A program made the translations under genes and the position numbers. A DNA stretch of 63,727 nucleotides, the filler included, from Phoronis australis (lineage: Eukaryota; Animalia; Phoronida): the NCBI GenBank assembly GCA_002633005.1. It is 10 parts of 10 records of this genome, joined end to end, with 100 filler letters (N's around TTAATTAATTAA, not from the genome) between each part and the next. Parts side by side here need not be neighbours in the genome. Positions count along the whole stretch, not along the records: positions 1 to 7,876 come from NMRA01001965.1; positions 7,977 to 11,672 come from NMRA01002888.1; positions 11,773 to 32,985 come from NMRA01001414.1; 7 more parts are not named here. One strand, 5' to 3'. Positions 1-13,360 of the stretch are shown here, piece after piece; position 1 is the first letter of the stretch, and the number at the start of each line of letters is the position of its first letter. Under the pieces are notes generated by a model. It was given only the letters and a program-made list of their open reading frames with translations, did not search any database and was not told the DNA's origin.

Positions 1-4
1 TTAG

Positions 5-180
5 ACAATTGGGACCTGGTCTTTAAAGCCACCAGGAAAAACGGCAACCCTGTTTACGATTTGTGGGCGAGCACGATTTCCACCCCATCCTCCGCGGACC
101 TGTTACAGCTTCAGACAGGTTCGTCGACTAATTTCAAGAATGTCAAAGTTGAAGACTGGGCAAATCTTCGAGTTCATAAG
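5..180 (+). CDS. Internal exon of an uncharacterised invertebrate protein domain (NWDLVFKATRKNGNPVYDLWAS...NFKNVKVEDWANLRVHK)
   Basis: TTAG acceptor at 1-4 and an open frame. It ends AAG|GCAGGT (GC donor, phase 0) and joins in frame to 554. The W-x-LVFKA...VYDLW...K...V-x-x-W pattern resembles a recurrent unnamed domain of mollusc/amphioxus proteins (recognised from memory, no search run). Confidence 0.7.
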
Positions 181-342
181 GCAGGTGTATTCCTAATTAG
201 AGTTGGAATCGTCATATATGTAAAGTTTTTGTAAAACACCTGAGGTAATAAGCTAAAATTTCTACTCCGATGCCAATAATTGTTGACTAAACAAAACTGT
301 GTCTGATAGCCTTGCTAGAACCGTTGAAATCAAGCTTTTAAC

Positions 343-482
343 GAGTACCAACCTTAGTAACAAGTATCGACCTTAGCAACAATTACTGACCTTAGCAACA
401 AGTACCGACCTTGGCAACAAGTACCGACCTTAGCAACAAGTACCGACCTTGGCAACAAGTACCGACTTTAGCAACAAGTACC
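343..482. repeat. Intronic minisatellite, 19-bp unit AGTACCGACCTTAGCAACA, about 7 copies
   Basis: Direct tandem periodicity visible. Confidence 0.9.
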
Positions 483-553
483 ATCCCATTATTTCTCAGT
501 GAATTCGCTTCTGTTTGCGTATTGACAAAGCTCAATAAATGGATGTATTTCAG

Positions 554-717
554 GTTAGATTCAGCTTCTTCGACAAAGGGGTGGAAGTATTCAAAATAGT
601 TTTCGATGGCATAGGTTCCACCAAAATGAATTGGTTCGACAGGCGCAGATTAGTAGAAGACCCTTTCACCGACCTAACTCCAACGACTGATTTGGAAGTG
701 CTCAGCATTTCAGGCTC
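554..717 (+). CDS. Next exon of the same gene (VRFSFFDKGVEVFKIVFDGIGSTKMNWFDRRRLVEDPFTDL...LSISGS)
   Basis: tttcag acceptor and GTAAG donor at 718. The FDG.GS.K..WF...RL....TDL....SI.G pattern continues the domain. Downstream exons are unresolved. Confidence 0.75.
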
Positions 718-3700
718 GTAAGCAAGTTTATATAATACACACCTGAGTATTTGTTCAGTACATTATTCTAGAGCACTTATGCGATGTGCTGATTATTGCG
801 TACGCCTTCGGGGGAGCCACTGTAGAGTTCTCATTGAGTTTTAACTGAGAATCCAGGCTTCACAGGACCATTTTTTTCGATTCTGTACAAGTCTGTATGA
901 TGAATAAAATAAAAACTTTTGCACTTATCCCCAATTCCATCCAGCACTGGCCGTGTACGTGTATTGCCGTACAATCAATTCAGTGGCGGTCGGTTCGATC
1001 TACGCTGATAAGGTCGTCGTGAGCTACGGCTTCACTACATGTACCTGCGTAAACCCGAGTCTTTCGCCAGAGGGGAACAGTCCACGACTCCGGAAGTTCA
1101 CTACTCGGAGGGTTCATTAATCCGAAGGTTTACCATGAGACAAATCCTACTTTTACATTTGGCCTTTTGTTAAGATCCCAACGCCTAAGTGAGCCTAAGC
1201 CAGAGTCCATAGGCAGTCAACACTGAAAAAACGTGGGGGCTATAGCCCCCAGCCCCCTATGGTGCACCGACCGTGCATAATCGATTCACAACAATGATCG
1301 TTGCTTAGCCGAGATGTTGAAGAAAATCTATTCTATAATTTCTCTTATAATGCCACGACATTAAAAATTCCAAGACGGCTGATATTTACTTTTCAGTTTT
1401 CAAAACAGTCATTTTAGTCTTTTATTGTTCGGTTTTTTGACTTTGAAACTAGTATGTGTGTTGATTTACGACCACAATTATCTCATCCATCATGTCCCCA
1501 AGCCCATGAATATGAGTGCACGATTTCTAGTCCATTTGTGTGCACCTCTCATTGTTAGCGCAGACTGAATTTGCCTAATGCTACTACGAAAATTTATGGG
1601 ATTTTGGACTCGGAAGAAAGTTTCATACACTGTACTTATGCAAAACACACCGAATTTCCGTTATTAGACACAGCTAGTGACGTACATGTACACTGTACCT
1701 ACCGAAAACAACGCCCGGCCGTACAACTGAATACGCTTCGTTTGTTACTGCGCAAGCATGCGAAATTGGGCTTCAAGACATGTCCTATGAAAACCGAAAA
1801 ATGGGGCTATTCGGAGATTTCTCCTCGCGGTGTCGCTGTTGTACTAGTGGTGATTGAATTGCGGATGCGTCGCTGTCTGCATGTAAACAGCTGGTAAAAA
1901 CACAGATTGTCATCAAAATACGGCGTCGCGCAAAGCCTTATTATTGCTATTTTCCCTGGTGCAAGTCTTCGGCAGGTGGTCACAAATCAGAATTACCAAA
2001 AGACCTAAGGTTACTACATTCGTGGAGCACTGCGGTCAAAAGGGTCAACCAACTGACAAAAAGTGTGTGGATGCCGAAACCCCTTTGGGAGACTACATAA
2101 CGTAACTTGGTAAGTTTTTAGCAATCAAGTTTCTATCGACATCGTTCGGTGATATTATCCCCACCAGTTACCCCACTGAATAACGGGTTTATTGAATGGA
2201 ACTAAGTGCTTCTTTTCGGAAACTCACCCAGGACGCGGATGTCGGGTAGGCTAGGAGCACATATTCACATATTGTTTTCCAGGGGTGGGAATGCGCCCAA
2301 TATAAGAGGTGTATGGTACGTGACGCTCAGAAGTCAAGGGTGACTTTTTCACAGCAGTTTCTCTTCAAAGCTATGCTATGTCCAATAAAATTCTCTAGAC
2401 GAGTGAGTTTCCTTATTTTATGGCGAACTCCACCCCCAGGACTACCAGATTAGTTACTGAATTAATATGAATAAGCTATTCAGTAAACGTCATAACATTG
2501 CAATGGAATAAAAATTGACACCTAGAATGAGTTTTAGTTGTTTAGGTCAGATGCACATTTTAGGTGTCGTGAAAAATACACATTATTAAATCACTTTTAG
2601 CCTGTTTCACATAGTTTAATTCAGATCTTAAATAAGACTTGTGTACAAAGGTTATTATTTTCTACGTATAAACGTGAAGATGAAACGTCAATTATGTTCT
2701 GCCTTACTATAGTAGTTTTGTCTTGTGTTTTCTTTATAATTTGTTAATATTTCTCTGACTATTATGTTACAGGTGAGAGAAAACGACTGAAACCAGCCGC
2801 CTGACCTTCTATTTTACCTTTGGACAAAGTGGAAAGCAATCCTTCAGCCTTAACCTGAGAGAATTGAACATAATTCAGAAATTTAGCCCATGATATGCCT
2901 GATTATGGATTCCATTGCGTGGGAAAATTACAATTGTTTTTAACAATGTTGTTTCTTTATATACTTTTCTTGCATGTGGAACTTTTGTTGAGGACAAGTT
3001 AACACAAAACTTAAAATTGTTCAAAGGTCTTCTTAAGAAAGCTCTAAAATAATTACACACACACAAACAAATCAAATGCAAAGAAAGGGAATACTTCATT
3101 TTGATCGCAGCACATTTCTAGAGGTCAACAGGAAAACGACAATTCGCAAGCGTAATCGCTAATCATTTCAGCTTTATAAAGAATAAGCACAACTGCACTG
3201 TGTGGGGCTTTAAAACTGAGGAAATATTGTGGTTTCAATAATTAGTGACAAACTTGCCTGTTGATGAAAAATTTATGCAATCATCAAAGTGTAACATCAA
3301 CGGGCTTTCTACTGACAATAAGACAATCGATGCAGTCACTGAATGTCATTTCCCCATAATGTGTACCAAATTGAAAAGTTTCTACTATTAATATAAAGTC
3401 TTTCATCTGAAATTAAAAGTTAATATTACTCAGTGGGAAAGGACAGGTATTTGTACCAGATGCTTTTGGTTTTCATTTCACAGAGATCTAGTTTCAATAG
3501 CCTATAGAAGCGCTTGTAAAAAGGCCCAGTTTCGGCACGTGGCTTTCCTCCAGGTAACCTCATTCAGCCTCAATTAGATCCTTGAAGGTAAACACAACAG
3601 CATATCACTTGACTCGTTTTGTGCTCAAAATCTCAGCCTGAACTAGACCAAAGTGTCACTACGTCTTCTTTAGCTTCAATCCAGCATGTTTCTTCCAGGA

Positions 3701-3802
3701 AAGGAAGTAGGCTATTGTCCACACATGACTTATTGCCTACGAAAGTCCATCCTCACCAACGAGGCTGACTTGTATAGCAGTCAGATATAGTTCCTCTTCA
3801 TA

Positions 3803-4031
3803 CATGCTCGCACCCAGCCTTCAATATGGAAGGGCTCGAATTCCTAACTTTTGTGGACCTTTTGGTAACAAAAAAGCGGGCGGACTAGAAAAAAAAACGG
3901 AGCACCACTGTAAATTGCGTATTTGCGCATGTTTAATGGACTTATGCCAAAATTTTCTCGGACTTTTTGTCTCTCTGAGGTGGACCTTTTGGCCCACTTC
4001 GATCGAGCCCCCCCCCCTGGGTGCGCGCATG
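3803..4031. mobile_element. Non-autonomous DNA transposon (MITE), 229 bp, 15-bp TIR, 5-bp TSD
   Basis: Left end CATGCTCGCACCCAG and right end CTGGGTGCGCGCATG match 14/15 as inverted repeats. TCATA is duplicated at 3798-3802 and 4032-4036. A related copy lies at 15118-15351. Confidence 0.85.
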
Positions 4032-7000
4032 TCATACCCAAACAACACGTTGTCTTATGGTAACTTCGTACTGGGATTCACATTTCACCAGGGCCACTGA
4101 CATGTACATTGTGCCATGCAGCACTAATGGTGTGTGGAAATGCTGTGGGAACAGAAAGGAGTAACAAAGCTTGGTCGTTGTCTCCGATGAAGAAAGTAGG
4201 CTTTAACAACAGATCTACACTGAATGGGAAGATCTTGATGGTTAGCTGCAGTCAACTGCTTAAAACCAATTTTTGTCCATTCCGGGTCGATGCAGAAGCG
4301 ATGCATATCTCCTCTGCACGGTACAAGCCCTCGAACCTAAAAACCAAAGGTCACGTGAAAACAAACATAATAGGACAGGGAGTGAACAAATAGTCTAATG
4401 GATATTTACGTACCCTTTGCCATGGCATTGGGCTTGGATTGTAATCTCACTAACCAATATCGAGTTAAACATTCAGCATTCATTGATGCAACTGTCACTG
4501 ATAAACCTGTTAGAAATCATTCCAAACAATAATACTGCTTTGTTGTACGAAAACATCCTAAGTGCTACATCAAGTATCGTAACAAGCATCACAACAAACA
4601 AAGATTAACCCGACTGGCGACTGCCGCGAAGTCGACATCGGCGAGTATCTCAGTTAACAGGCATCAGTAGAATAAAAATGGAATAATCGTTAAAATAATC
4701 ACAAACCTTACCTTTGGATAAGGTCGTACTTACTTTCTCTCATAGAAGCACCCTTTTTACGCAATCTCAGATTCAGTTGGCACGTCTACAAGCCATTTCA
4801 CCATGTATTTAAAGGGCTCGCGAAATCGAGGCTGTTAATCTATAATCACTAGTACACACGCGCCCTCTAGTTAATGTAAATTTTCCGACTAGCCCCATTG
4901 GTTCCTTTTTTGCATTTTAAAAGAATGTGGGGTAGGCATTAATGAATTTGAAACCACAATACATTCACCAAATCCATGTCCCGATGGCACAGCAAGACAG
5001 AAAAGTTTATCCGCTGTAGCTCAACCTGCTCCCACCGCACCGGAAGCGGCGCACGACCGGTCCCGTTGAAACCACATCCTGTATAGTAGCAAGGAGTGTA
5101 GTATACCCTTTGATAGTAGGCTACCTTGTTCTTGCCAGTTTTCACTAAACAAATGGTTAATGCATGTTATTTCCGCCTCATTATTAAACATTTAGAATAG
5201 CGATTGCAGAAGTGAACTTTCTAACTAGTGAACTCTCGGAGTCACCTAATGAGCTTTCCGAGTAATGAACCATCGCAGCAGTAACATGTTACTCATCGAA
5301 GAAGGTACATGTTTCAGTGCTCTAGTGAACTCGCTGAACTCGCAAGAAGCCAGCCTTGGCTAAGCCCACCTCGTTCAGCAGTTATTTTCTTCTTGGACCT
5401 CCTGGTGGACTATCAACTATCGATCAACTAATAACACTGCAACATGATCACTGCCGGGGCCGGTGGGGAGTTGAGATGAAGGAAGTTTTCAATATTCATT
5501 TTAACAATAAAATAACATGTGTGCAATGGAACTGACACAGAGGGACGTCCACCGCAATAAAAGTTTAATAGGGACGGGAAGTCGTTGCATCATAAGTTGG
5601 CCATCGCGGTTGCCGAGGCACAAACAATGGCTTGTTTTTTTGTTTTTTCATTGTTTTCCAGGTAACACTGAATTCTTGAATCTAAAAAACAAAATCAGTA
5701 GTTATAACAGGAAACATACATGTTTTTTAATGTTTAGTATCATTTTCAAATACATATGCATTTAGAAACTGTCAGGTGTCACCCTTTAGAAATAATTCTG
5801 TTCAGGGGACTTAATCCAAAATGGCCGACATGAGAATTGCGATATCAACTTGATCTCATTATGGTCGCTTCTAGATGTGACACAGACATGTAAGATATGT
5901 CCTTTCATATATTTTCAAGCATTAGCAATCCGGCACCACCACCCTCGCTAAATGCGAGAATTGAACCAAGATAATCGCCACAAATGACCAAAATATAAAT
6001 GTCCCTAACTGAATGAACACCAGTTCACTGTGACACATGTATTCAGTCTTGACACAAAGAACATCCACCTATTACATCTATGAAAAACACAAATTACGCA
6101 TGATATAAACGTGTTTTTCAGTGATCGAATCATGAAAACATAATTTCGCAAATCGTACAACAAGGCAGTATATATAAAATCCACGTTACAATCATAGCGT
6201 AAGGCAGCAAAATGCCAACATTCCAGTTGCAGCAAAATCCATTGTGCACTCGCTGACGACGCAGTACTAAAAAAGTTGGGAGCTATAGCCCCCCTCCACC
6301 TATGGTGCGCCGCCCATAGATAGGTCGTAAGATTGCAGCAGGTGCAACGCTCACTGTCTCTGGAATTCGTTGGTACGAGAGATCTGTTTATCCTCATCTT
6401 TTGTCCATCCATACTCCTCGATATCCAAGACTATTGCTCCCCACTTTTTGCAATCAATTTATATACGTCTGAAATGCACTTAAACAGTTTTTTGTTGTGA
6501 AAAAATACTTATGGGCTAATAAAATGCATAAATGACGTACAAATCTGTGACATGAAAATCCAGTTGAACAGAACCAGCAAGAGAAATCCAACAAAATAAC
6601 TTACTTTTATCGACATTTCATTTAGCTAAATACAAACACTGTGAGATTCCTCACCGGAAAGAGCTCGCAATTTATTATCGGCATTGCATACCTTCGTTTC
6701 CAGTTCGACAATGTCGATGTTTAAAACACAACAGCAGACACCGTCACGGTATATGATCGTGCAATTTCTCAGGTATGTTTGTTGGCATGTTCAATATAGC
6801 CCATGAATACAAAGCAGTAGCAGCAAGCCACGTAGACACGGGCACATTGGCACATCTACAGCTGCGATCAACATAATAATTGCTCGTTAATTAAGTATAT
6901 TTAGCCCAATTAAGAGTCCCCTGAACAAAATTGCTCAGGGGTGACATCATGTCACTCCGCAGTTTCTGAAAATATAATATGTGTTAGATATCGGTAATAA

Positions 7001-7876
7001 ACAATAAACAACTTCATACGTCAAATTAATGTCAGGCCAATACATGCCGTTTGTGTGCCGGACTATAATTGATAGTTCCGACAAACACAGTTTTTCCGGC
7101 CACGCCCACAAGTTACTGTTGCGGCTGTTCAGCAAGCACAAAAACAAGGCAAAATTCCTTTGCAAGTATAGTACAGCAACAGATTCCCTACGCTGTTTTT
7201 ACCATACACTGTCGCTTAAACTATTGCCATTCCCAGCCTTCTGTTAACTTCTGCGATTTTTCTATACAGTCTGGTGACGACATCCACTTCAAATTGCTAG
7301 TGACGGGGCAGTAGCGCGAAGGTTGTGGGTTAAAACTAAAAGCGGTGATGTCATGATAATTGTGCACTGGGTTTCGAGGGGAAACTTTGGTCCCTCAACA
7401 AATTATACATGTAAAACGCGATTCATACAGCGAGGTCGATCTGCGTGTATAACACAGTGTTACTCACATCAATCTCTAAAATACACCATATCAGAGTGTA
7501 GCATGTGACTTTAAAACACGCAGCTTTTACTTTTACAACAGACTGGTGTATGGGATACGAAATAGTCTCTTATTAAATTGTGATTTCTGTAAGAGTTGTG
7601 TAGTTAGTTCAGCGACATTTCATTATAGCCTAAAGAACTGTACTGGCAATGTCTGCTCCAGCTGCCACGCGAAAAGAATCCTGACTGCAAAAATCATTTT
7701 TGCCACTTATGACATGGAATTTGTAGTGTGCACCCAAAAAGCTGCCTTTAAGTTTGTTAGATAATTCTCATATAACTGGCACGAAAATAAAAAATGTCCC
7801 CATGTATAAAATGGCAGCTAGTTAGCTGTTTTGAAGCTACATGCTTGAGTCTGTTTTCGACTCCGAGATATCTGTT

Positions 7877-7976
7877 NNNNNNNNNNNNNNNNNNNNNNNN
7901 NNNNNNNNNNNNNNNNNNNNTTAATTAATTAANNNNNNNNNNNNNNNNNNNNNNNNNNNNNNNNNNNNNNNNNNNN
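7877..7976. other. Artificial scaffold spacer (44N-TTAATTAATTAA-44N); also at 11673-11772, 32986-33085, 46999-47098, 49541-49640, 52708-52807, 55049-55148, 58726-58825, 61415-61514
   Basis: Identical 100-bp N block with a six-frame stop linker, nine times. Confidence 0.98.
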
Positions 7977-8099
7977 GAAAATATGTCTAGGATAACCAAC
8001 CAACCTTATTTTAGCTCAAAATGACATGGAAAAAGGTTGCCTTCGCCTTTAATGGGTTTGACCAGGGCTATAAAATGATAACATTCTTGCGTTTTTGTG

Positions 8100-11000
8100 A
8101 CTGTAAAACAGGTCGCCTATACTCGTCGTTGTCCGTCTGGCGTTCGCTGACATTCAGGCCGTTGACCTTACCAGCTACAGTAAATACGCTTCGTCATTTA
8201 TAGTTTGATTTGGCTCAGCCAGCAGGATTTTTTAATTGCGGCCGTAATGGTTCCACGTACGATTCCGGAGCTGGTCTCAGAAAAAGATTTTTCTCGTCGA
8301 TAGGGTTCACTGTAAGCAAACCATACGACGTAGAAATTTCTGAAAAAGACAAAGTAGCAAAGTCGTGTCAAATTTGAATACGGTACCCAAAAATGGAGTC
8401 GGAAGTCCCAGTGGAGTTGTAAAGCTGGAAGTTTGCAACACTTACCCCCGCAAGAGATGTTACGAAAATGCTAAGTAGAGGTAGCGCAACTTGGAAAAAT
8501 ATTTACTGTCGTAAATCGACCCTAACAGTTTCCAAAGACGGAGGTCATTGGTGCAGTAAGCATGTCTTTGCTACAGAATCCAGTATCCAGCACTACTCCG
8601 TGTATGTATGAATAGCATTGATGTTCCAGAACTTGATGATGCAATAAACTTCTCAACAAAGATTTTTTCTGTAATACCCGTAATGGTCAAATTGGAAGAA
8701 TTCATTACAGCCGACGAACACCCCCTCCTCCTCTCCTATCACTGTAGTAGTCACCACCAACAGATAGCGCGGGCCATCGTCGTATTTTCTTGAAACTTTG
8801 CCTCTAACGACGGCGACAACTGTACTCCTGGGTGTATCTCAATGAATAGAAGGACACACCAACATGCAGTTCGCAAAACCTCTGCCATAGAAACCAATTC
8901 TCCTGAATAACAACGCCCATTTCTTTAGAGTTATTATTAATTAACGGGAAATTACATGTACATCAATATATTACATACATCACTACAACAGGTAGAATCT
9001 ATTGATCACACATAAGCAAAATTCACCCGCGTCTCAGCAAACTAGGCTCACNTCAGTTAAGGGCAAGACAAATACCCCACTTAGTGGATAAAGTAATATT
9101 GTTTTCAACGTATTTTGTTAAATTCAGCTTAGGCCCCAGATGCTTTTGTAAATACATGGAGCTGCTTAAAAAAAATATTTAATACGTGAAGTAGCCAACA
9201 TATTTCGATATAGTAAATCGGGCCGACTTTAGATGTGTTCTCTTATTCGTCTATTTTGCATTACACTCTCATTTTCAAGTTGAGGTCCTAACAATAAACG
9301 TGAAATTTCAAGCAAAAGGCACCATAATGGTGTCTGGACACTTTCGAGGTTTGCCGAACTTACTTGGCACTGGAAAGTGTCTCTGTCGGCAAGTGTTCTA
9401 TCGCAGTAAACAACGAGGATCCAGTAACTTGACCGTCTCCAAACGATCGTGACGTAGTAGCCGATCACACGGACTAGATGCGCACCTATGCCTGTCGACC
9501 AAGTATTGAAGGCCTTATTCCCAACAGTCGCTTCTGCTTTTTTCATTTGTAATACAGCAGAATCTCCATAGTCAAATCGAAAAAAATTTTCGTATCCGTT
9601 TTGTTGAGTATGTGACTAAAACCATGCGCTTTTATCAAAACGGCCATGCTGAAAAGCAATGGGCGACTCGGCTGTTGAATACTCGCACAGGGTACAAACA
9701 GTAAACAGCCAACTGGAGACCTTCGTAAACAAGGGCGTGTTGAACGAAGTGACAACTGAGTTACTAAGTCTTAAAGCTTTATTTCGCCTTGTTTGACAAA
9801 TCAGAATTAGGCTTTTTACTCTCCTAAAACGCTCCAAGTATCCTTTATTTTGTAGTTGACAACTGTTGAAAGTCGGGGTTTTGAGCAAAAGGGGGAACTT
9901 TTCGGCCAATGTTTCTATTCGTCGTGCTAACAATTTCAGAGATTGTCTCAGAACAACCCAGTCTGTTCACACAACCACGCCACAAATCAGCCACGGATTT
10001 GCTCTAAGATTGTGAAGACATCTCACCAGTAGCCCCAATAATCACACTCTTGTTAATGAAATACACCCCACAGGCAGTTATCAGGTTGCACCCTGCGACT
10101 CGACTCGAATGAACCTGATATAGGTCTAATGCGCTGATACCAACTATGCGCTTTTGCATATACAGTTAATAACTTGAAAGGCCTTACTAAAAAAAATGGA
10201 AAAGCGACATCACAACACAGCTCTTTCGGTTTTGAAAAAAAGGACTACAACTCAGGTACTGGCATTGATCGTATTTGAACATGAACTTTCTACCTGTGTT
10301 ATAACAGTATCCATAATACATGTTAGTCAAATGTTCTGAATTGGCGAAACGACGCTTTTCTGGTCTGCTCCAGGCAACACTGAGCAACTGTATGAACACC
10401 ACACAATGTACATCGGAGTAACTGCGCAACAAATAAATAGACCTCAGTGAAAACTGGATCGCTGAATGTCAACAAATAAAAGCGGATGGTTGAGACACTT
10501 ACGTTCACACTTTTTCACACGTCATAATCAGTAATTCCAAGAAGAACGACCCTCACACTTCAATGCTCTACGACTAGGAATGTCAAGATTTGAGCTACAT
10601 CCACTAACCAGTAAGTGGAAACAATGGCCAATTTACAGCAATGTCGGCTTCTACTGTTCCAGAATCAAAAATTAACAGCTTTACCAAGTACGTCAATAAT
10701 GGGCGAATCATCCTCAATCAACCGCGTTAACTTATACGAGTAGATACGACACACGTGAACAGTCAAAATCCGACAGATGAGGTTGAAGTGAAAAAATAGT
10801 TCCGAAAGGAAAAACGCGCATTACAATCAAATCGCGTGACAATGAACAACCTCTAAAACGATATTGCCAGGAGCACGCTGTTGACCTAATTTATGTTCGC
10901 TGTACAGTTGTTTTAGGAGTCTAGTGGAATGTAAACTTATAAGAGAGCAAACAATAAAGCACGTTTACTTGTAACCTAGTTCGACTGCACCGTAAAACAC

Positions 11001-11672
11001 CAAACATGCCGCCAATAAATACACCATGAAATCAAACTAATTCCGTCAAAACGTCAACATCGACTTTCAAACGATTATGTGCTTGCGTGGTTCAGGTCTC
11101 CGGAAACAGCTTACCTCGGCAGCAAACAGTCTGTCCGTTTTTCCGTCCCCAAGGTGGCTCTGAAGGTGAAGCAACACCATGTTTCTATGCGCTAAACCCT
11201 CATTACATATCTCGCAGATGTAAAGAGCTTTCTTGCTCTTCGGACCAGCGTTACCCAACACTCGATTGGTCCCAGCGAGCTTCGACGATGGTGTAACGCG
11301 CTTCTTTAAACCGGCCAAAACAGACTGTTTCGCCCCTGAGGACACTATCCGCGTTTTGGGTTTCTTACTTTTCGGACACGCTTCGCCGAACACCCTGTTT
11401 CTTTTAACGCGCTTCGGCTGGCGCCTCACGTTAACGTTCAAGACCACCACTTTCTTTGCAGTAGTGCATTTATCGGTCACGGGCCGCCTCTTCCGCTTGA
11501 TTTTAACACATGGCGGTTTCTTTGGTTCGGGTGGTGCTTGAATGTGGATGTCGCCATGCGATTTGATATAAGTGTGCTCATATTTGAGCGAGCGAATGGG
11601 CTCTGATTTAGCAGAAGGTAGCATGCGATAGAAAAACAATTCGTTCAGAGCGTCCTCGCTGGTGAGTCGAAG
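8100..11672 (-). pseudogene. Decayed, apparently intronless zinc-finger-containing coding region
   Basis: ORF 11067-11639 is K/R-rich and has a full C2H2 finger (YICEICNEGLAHRNMVLLHLQSH). Downstream - strand fragments keep finger remnants (LRCTLCGVHT, NTGRKFMFKYDQCQY, FTVCTLCEYSTAESPIAFQH) broken by stops and frameshifts. The left boundary is approximate. Confidence 0.5.
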
Positions 11673-13248
11673 NNNNNNNNNNNNNNNNNNNNNNNNNNNN
11701 NNNNNNNNNNNNNNNNTTAATTAATTAANNNNNNNNNNNNNNNNNNNNNNNNNNNNNNNNNNNNNNNNNNNNGGAGTGTACTAACCTGACCTACAGTAGA
11801 AATGTGGCGATCAAAAGTTCTATATTCCATGATGCCACATGCTTAACAAAAACATTTAAAATCAACGCAGACTTTGGAAATCAAATGGAAAAAGCATGGT
11901 GTGTGAAAGTGAGATTAGATGTGGTGACGTAAGTTAAACACTTTTCTAGAGGCGTGGAAGTCTAAAACCGCGAGGAATTGTCGCATGTACTGGCTACCTC
12001 TTAAATCACCGTAGTTCTGTTTATATCAAAGGTCAAAGCTCGAAGTTCATATTTTCTTTTAAGGGCAATTTTTGAAACTCTGGCACTTCGGTGGCCGGGC
12101 TATAAAAATCAAGCGCACGTGCATGTTAATGAAATTGAGGTGAAGGATGCCTTACTTTTGAATACAAAAGTTGTGCTTGTTGAAAACTCAACGTGCGTGG
12201 ATGTTTCATCAAATTACATTTTAACTGTAAGGGCCAGTGTCAGTTAGTGGACTTATCATGCGCTCTGTCTATTACCGCTGAAATTTCCGGTCAGTTTTCT
12301 CCGTATATTTACTATGGTTCACGCCAGAGCGATGGAGAAGGTACAATTACATTTATAGAAATGTTTTCTCCTTTAACTTATTCTTTTGTAGAGTGAGTTC
12401 ATCAGCTAAAACATGCAGTCTTTCACGAAGAGCCAGGGCATTTCTTGCTGGCTGTGTTTCCTGTATAAAGAAATGGGTGAACATTTGGACAGGAAACAGG
12501 AATCAAAATGTGAATGAGATACAATATAGCAACACCTAAGTGGTATAAATGCATTTTCAAAACCAGTATGACCGCCGTTCCTCACCGGATTAAAGCGGTA
12601 TTCCAGTCAGGGAAATACACAAAAATGCTAGAGGATTTTCTAATTTCGGCCGAGATGCAAACGACATTGTGTCCAGTAAACTTGCACTTTAATATAAAGC
12701 AGAGAAATATATTGTTACGTAATTTCTTATGTGATGTTCTGTATTTTGAACTGTTTCATTTTAATAAACACTTGATATATGGACATTAAGTAAAAATGGT
12801 ATGATTAGAGAAGAGAGTACCTCTTGTGATTTAACCGCCACTTGCCTCGCAGATTTTAAAAAAAAAATAACCACAAAGGGAAAAAGACACACCTTAGACA
12901 GTCAAAATGTTTTTGATTTAAAAACTCCAAACATATGCCTTAGTCTCATGCCTTTAATTCTCTTCAACATTGTGGATTACATCAATGTTTCACTGCTGTT
13001 GATTATTTCAACTAACGAGTGACGTGGGGGTAATAACTATAATAAAAATCGCCGTCAAAATATACTACTGATATTTTAACATGTGTCTTCTGGTTTTTCA
13101 GAAAACATAACGAGTGCCATGACATCCATGGCTAATAACTAAATCAAGGGATGTCTAATACATCGTTGGATTATATGCATGTGCAAAGTAATTAAAACAT
13201 CTATCAATATCATTAACATTCCTAATTCATGTGCCAATACATTTTCAG

Positions 13249-13360
13249 AAGCACGGAGAAACCGAGCAGAACTTCATCAACAGTTACTACTGGAGGTTGC
13301 TGACGAAATCATTCGCCCTGATTTTGAAAGACTAAAGTTCCTTTGTGGTTCTTCTATTAC
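13249..13360 (+). CDS. Death effector domain (DED) protein, exon with the N-terminal part of the DED (EARRNRAELHQQLLLEVADEIIRPDFERLKFLCGSSI)
   Basis: ttttcag acceptor and GTAAG donor. LL.E..D.....D...LKFLC is the FADD/caspase-8/cFLIP-type DED N-terminal signature. The upstream exon and start are unresolved. Confidence 0.8.

Noticed and set aside
1966-2109. Candidate third exon of the gene at 5-717 (LRQVVTNQNY...)
   Set aside because: It has splice-like ends, but all three frames hit stops and similarity to the expected domain end is unconvincing.
3500-4804. Exon-like - strand segments (ATG at 4804, donor near 4710, acceptor near 4338) interrupted by the MITE
   Set aside because: In-frame stops and no recognisable family; possibly a dead gene or TE but unsupported.
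7921-7932. Recurrent TTAATTAATTAA motif (nine times)
   Set aside because: Always centred in N runs, so it is an assembly linker with stops in all frames.
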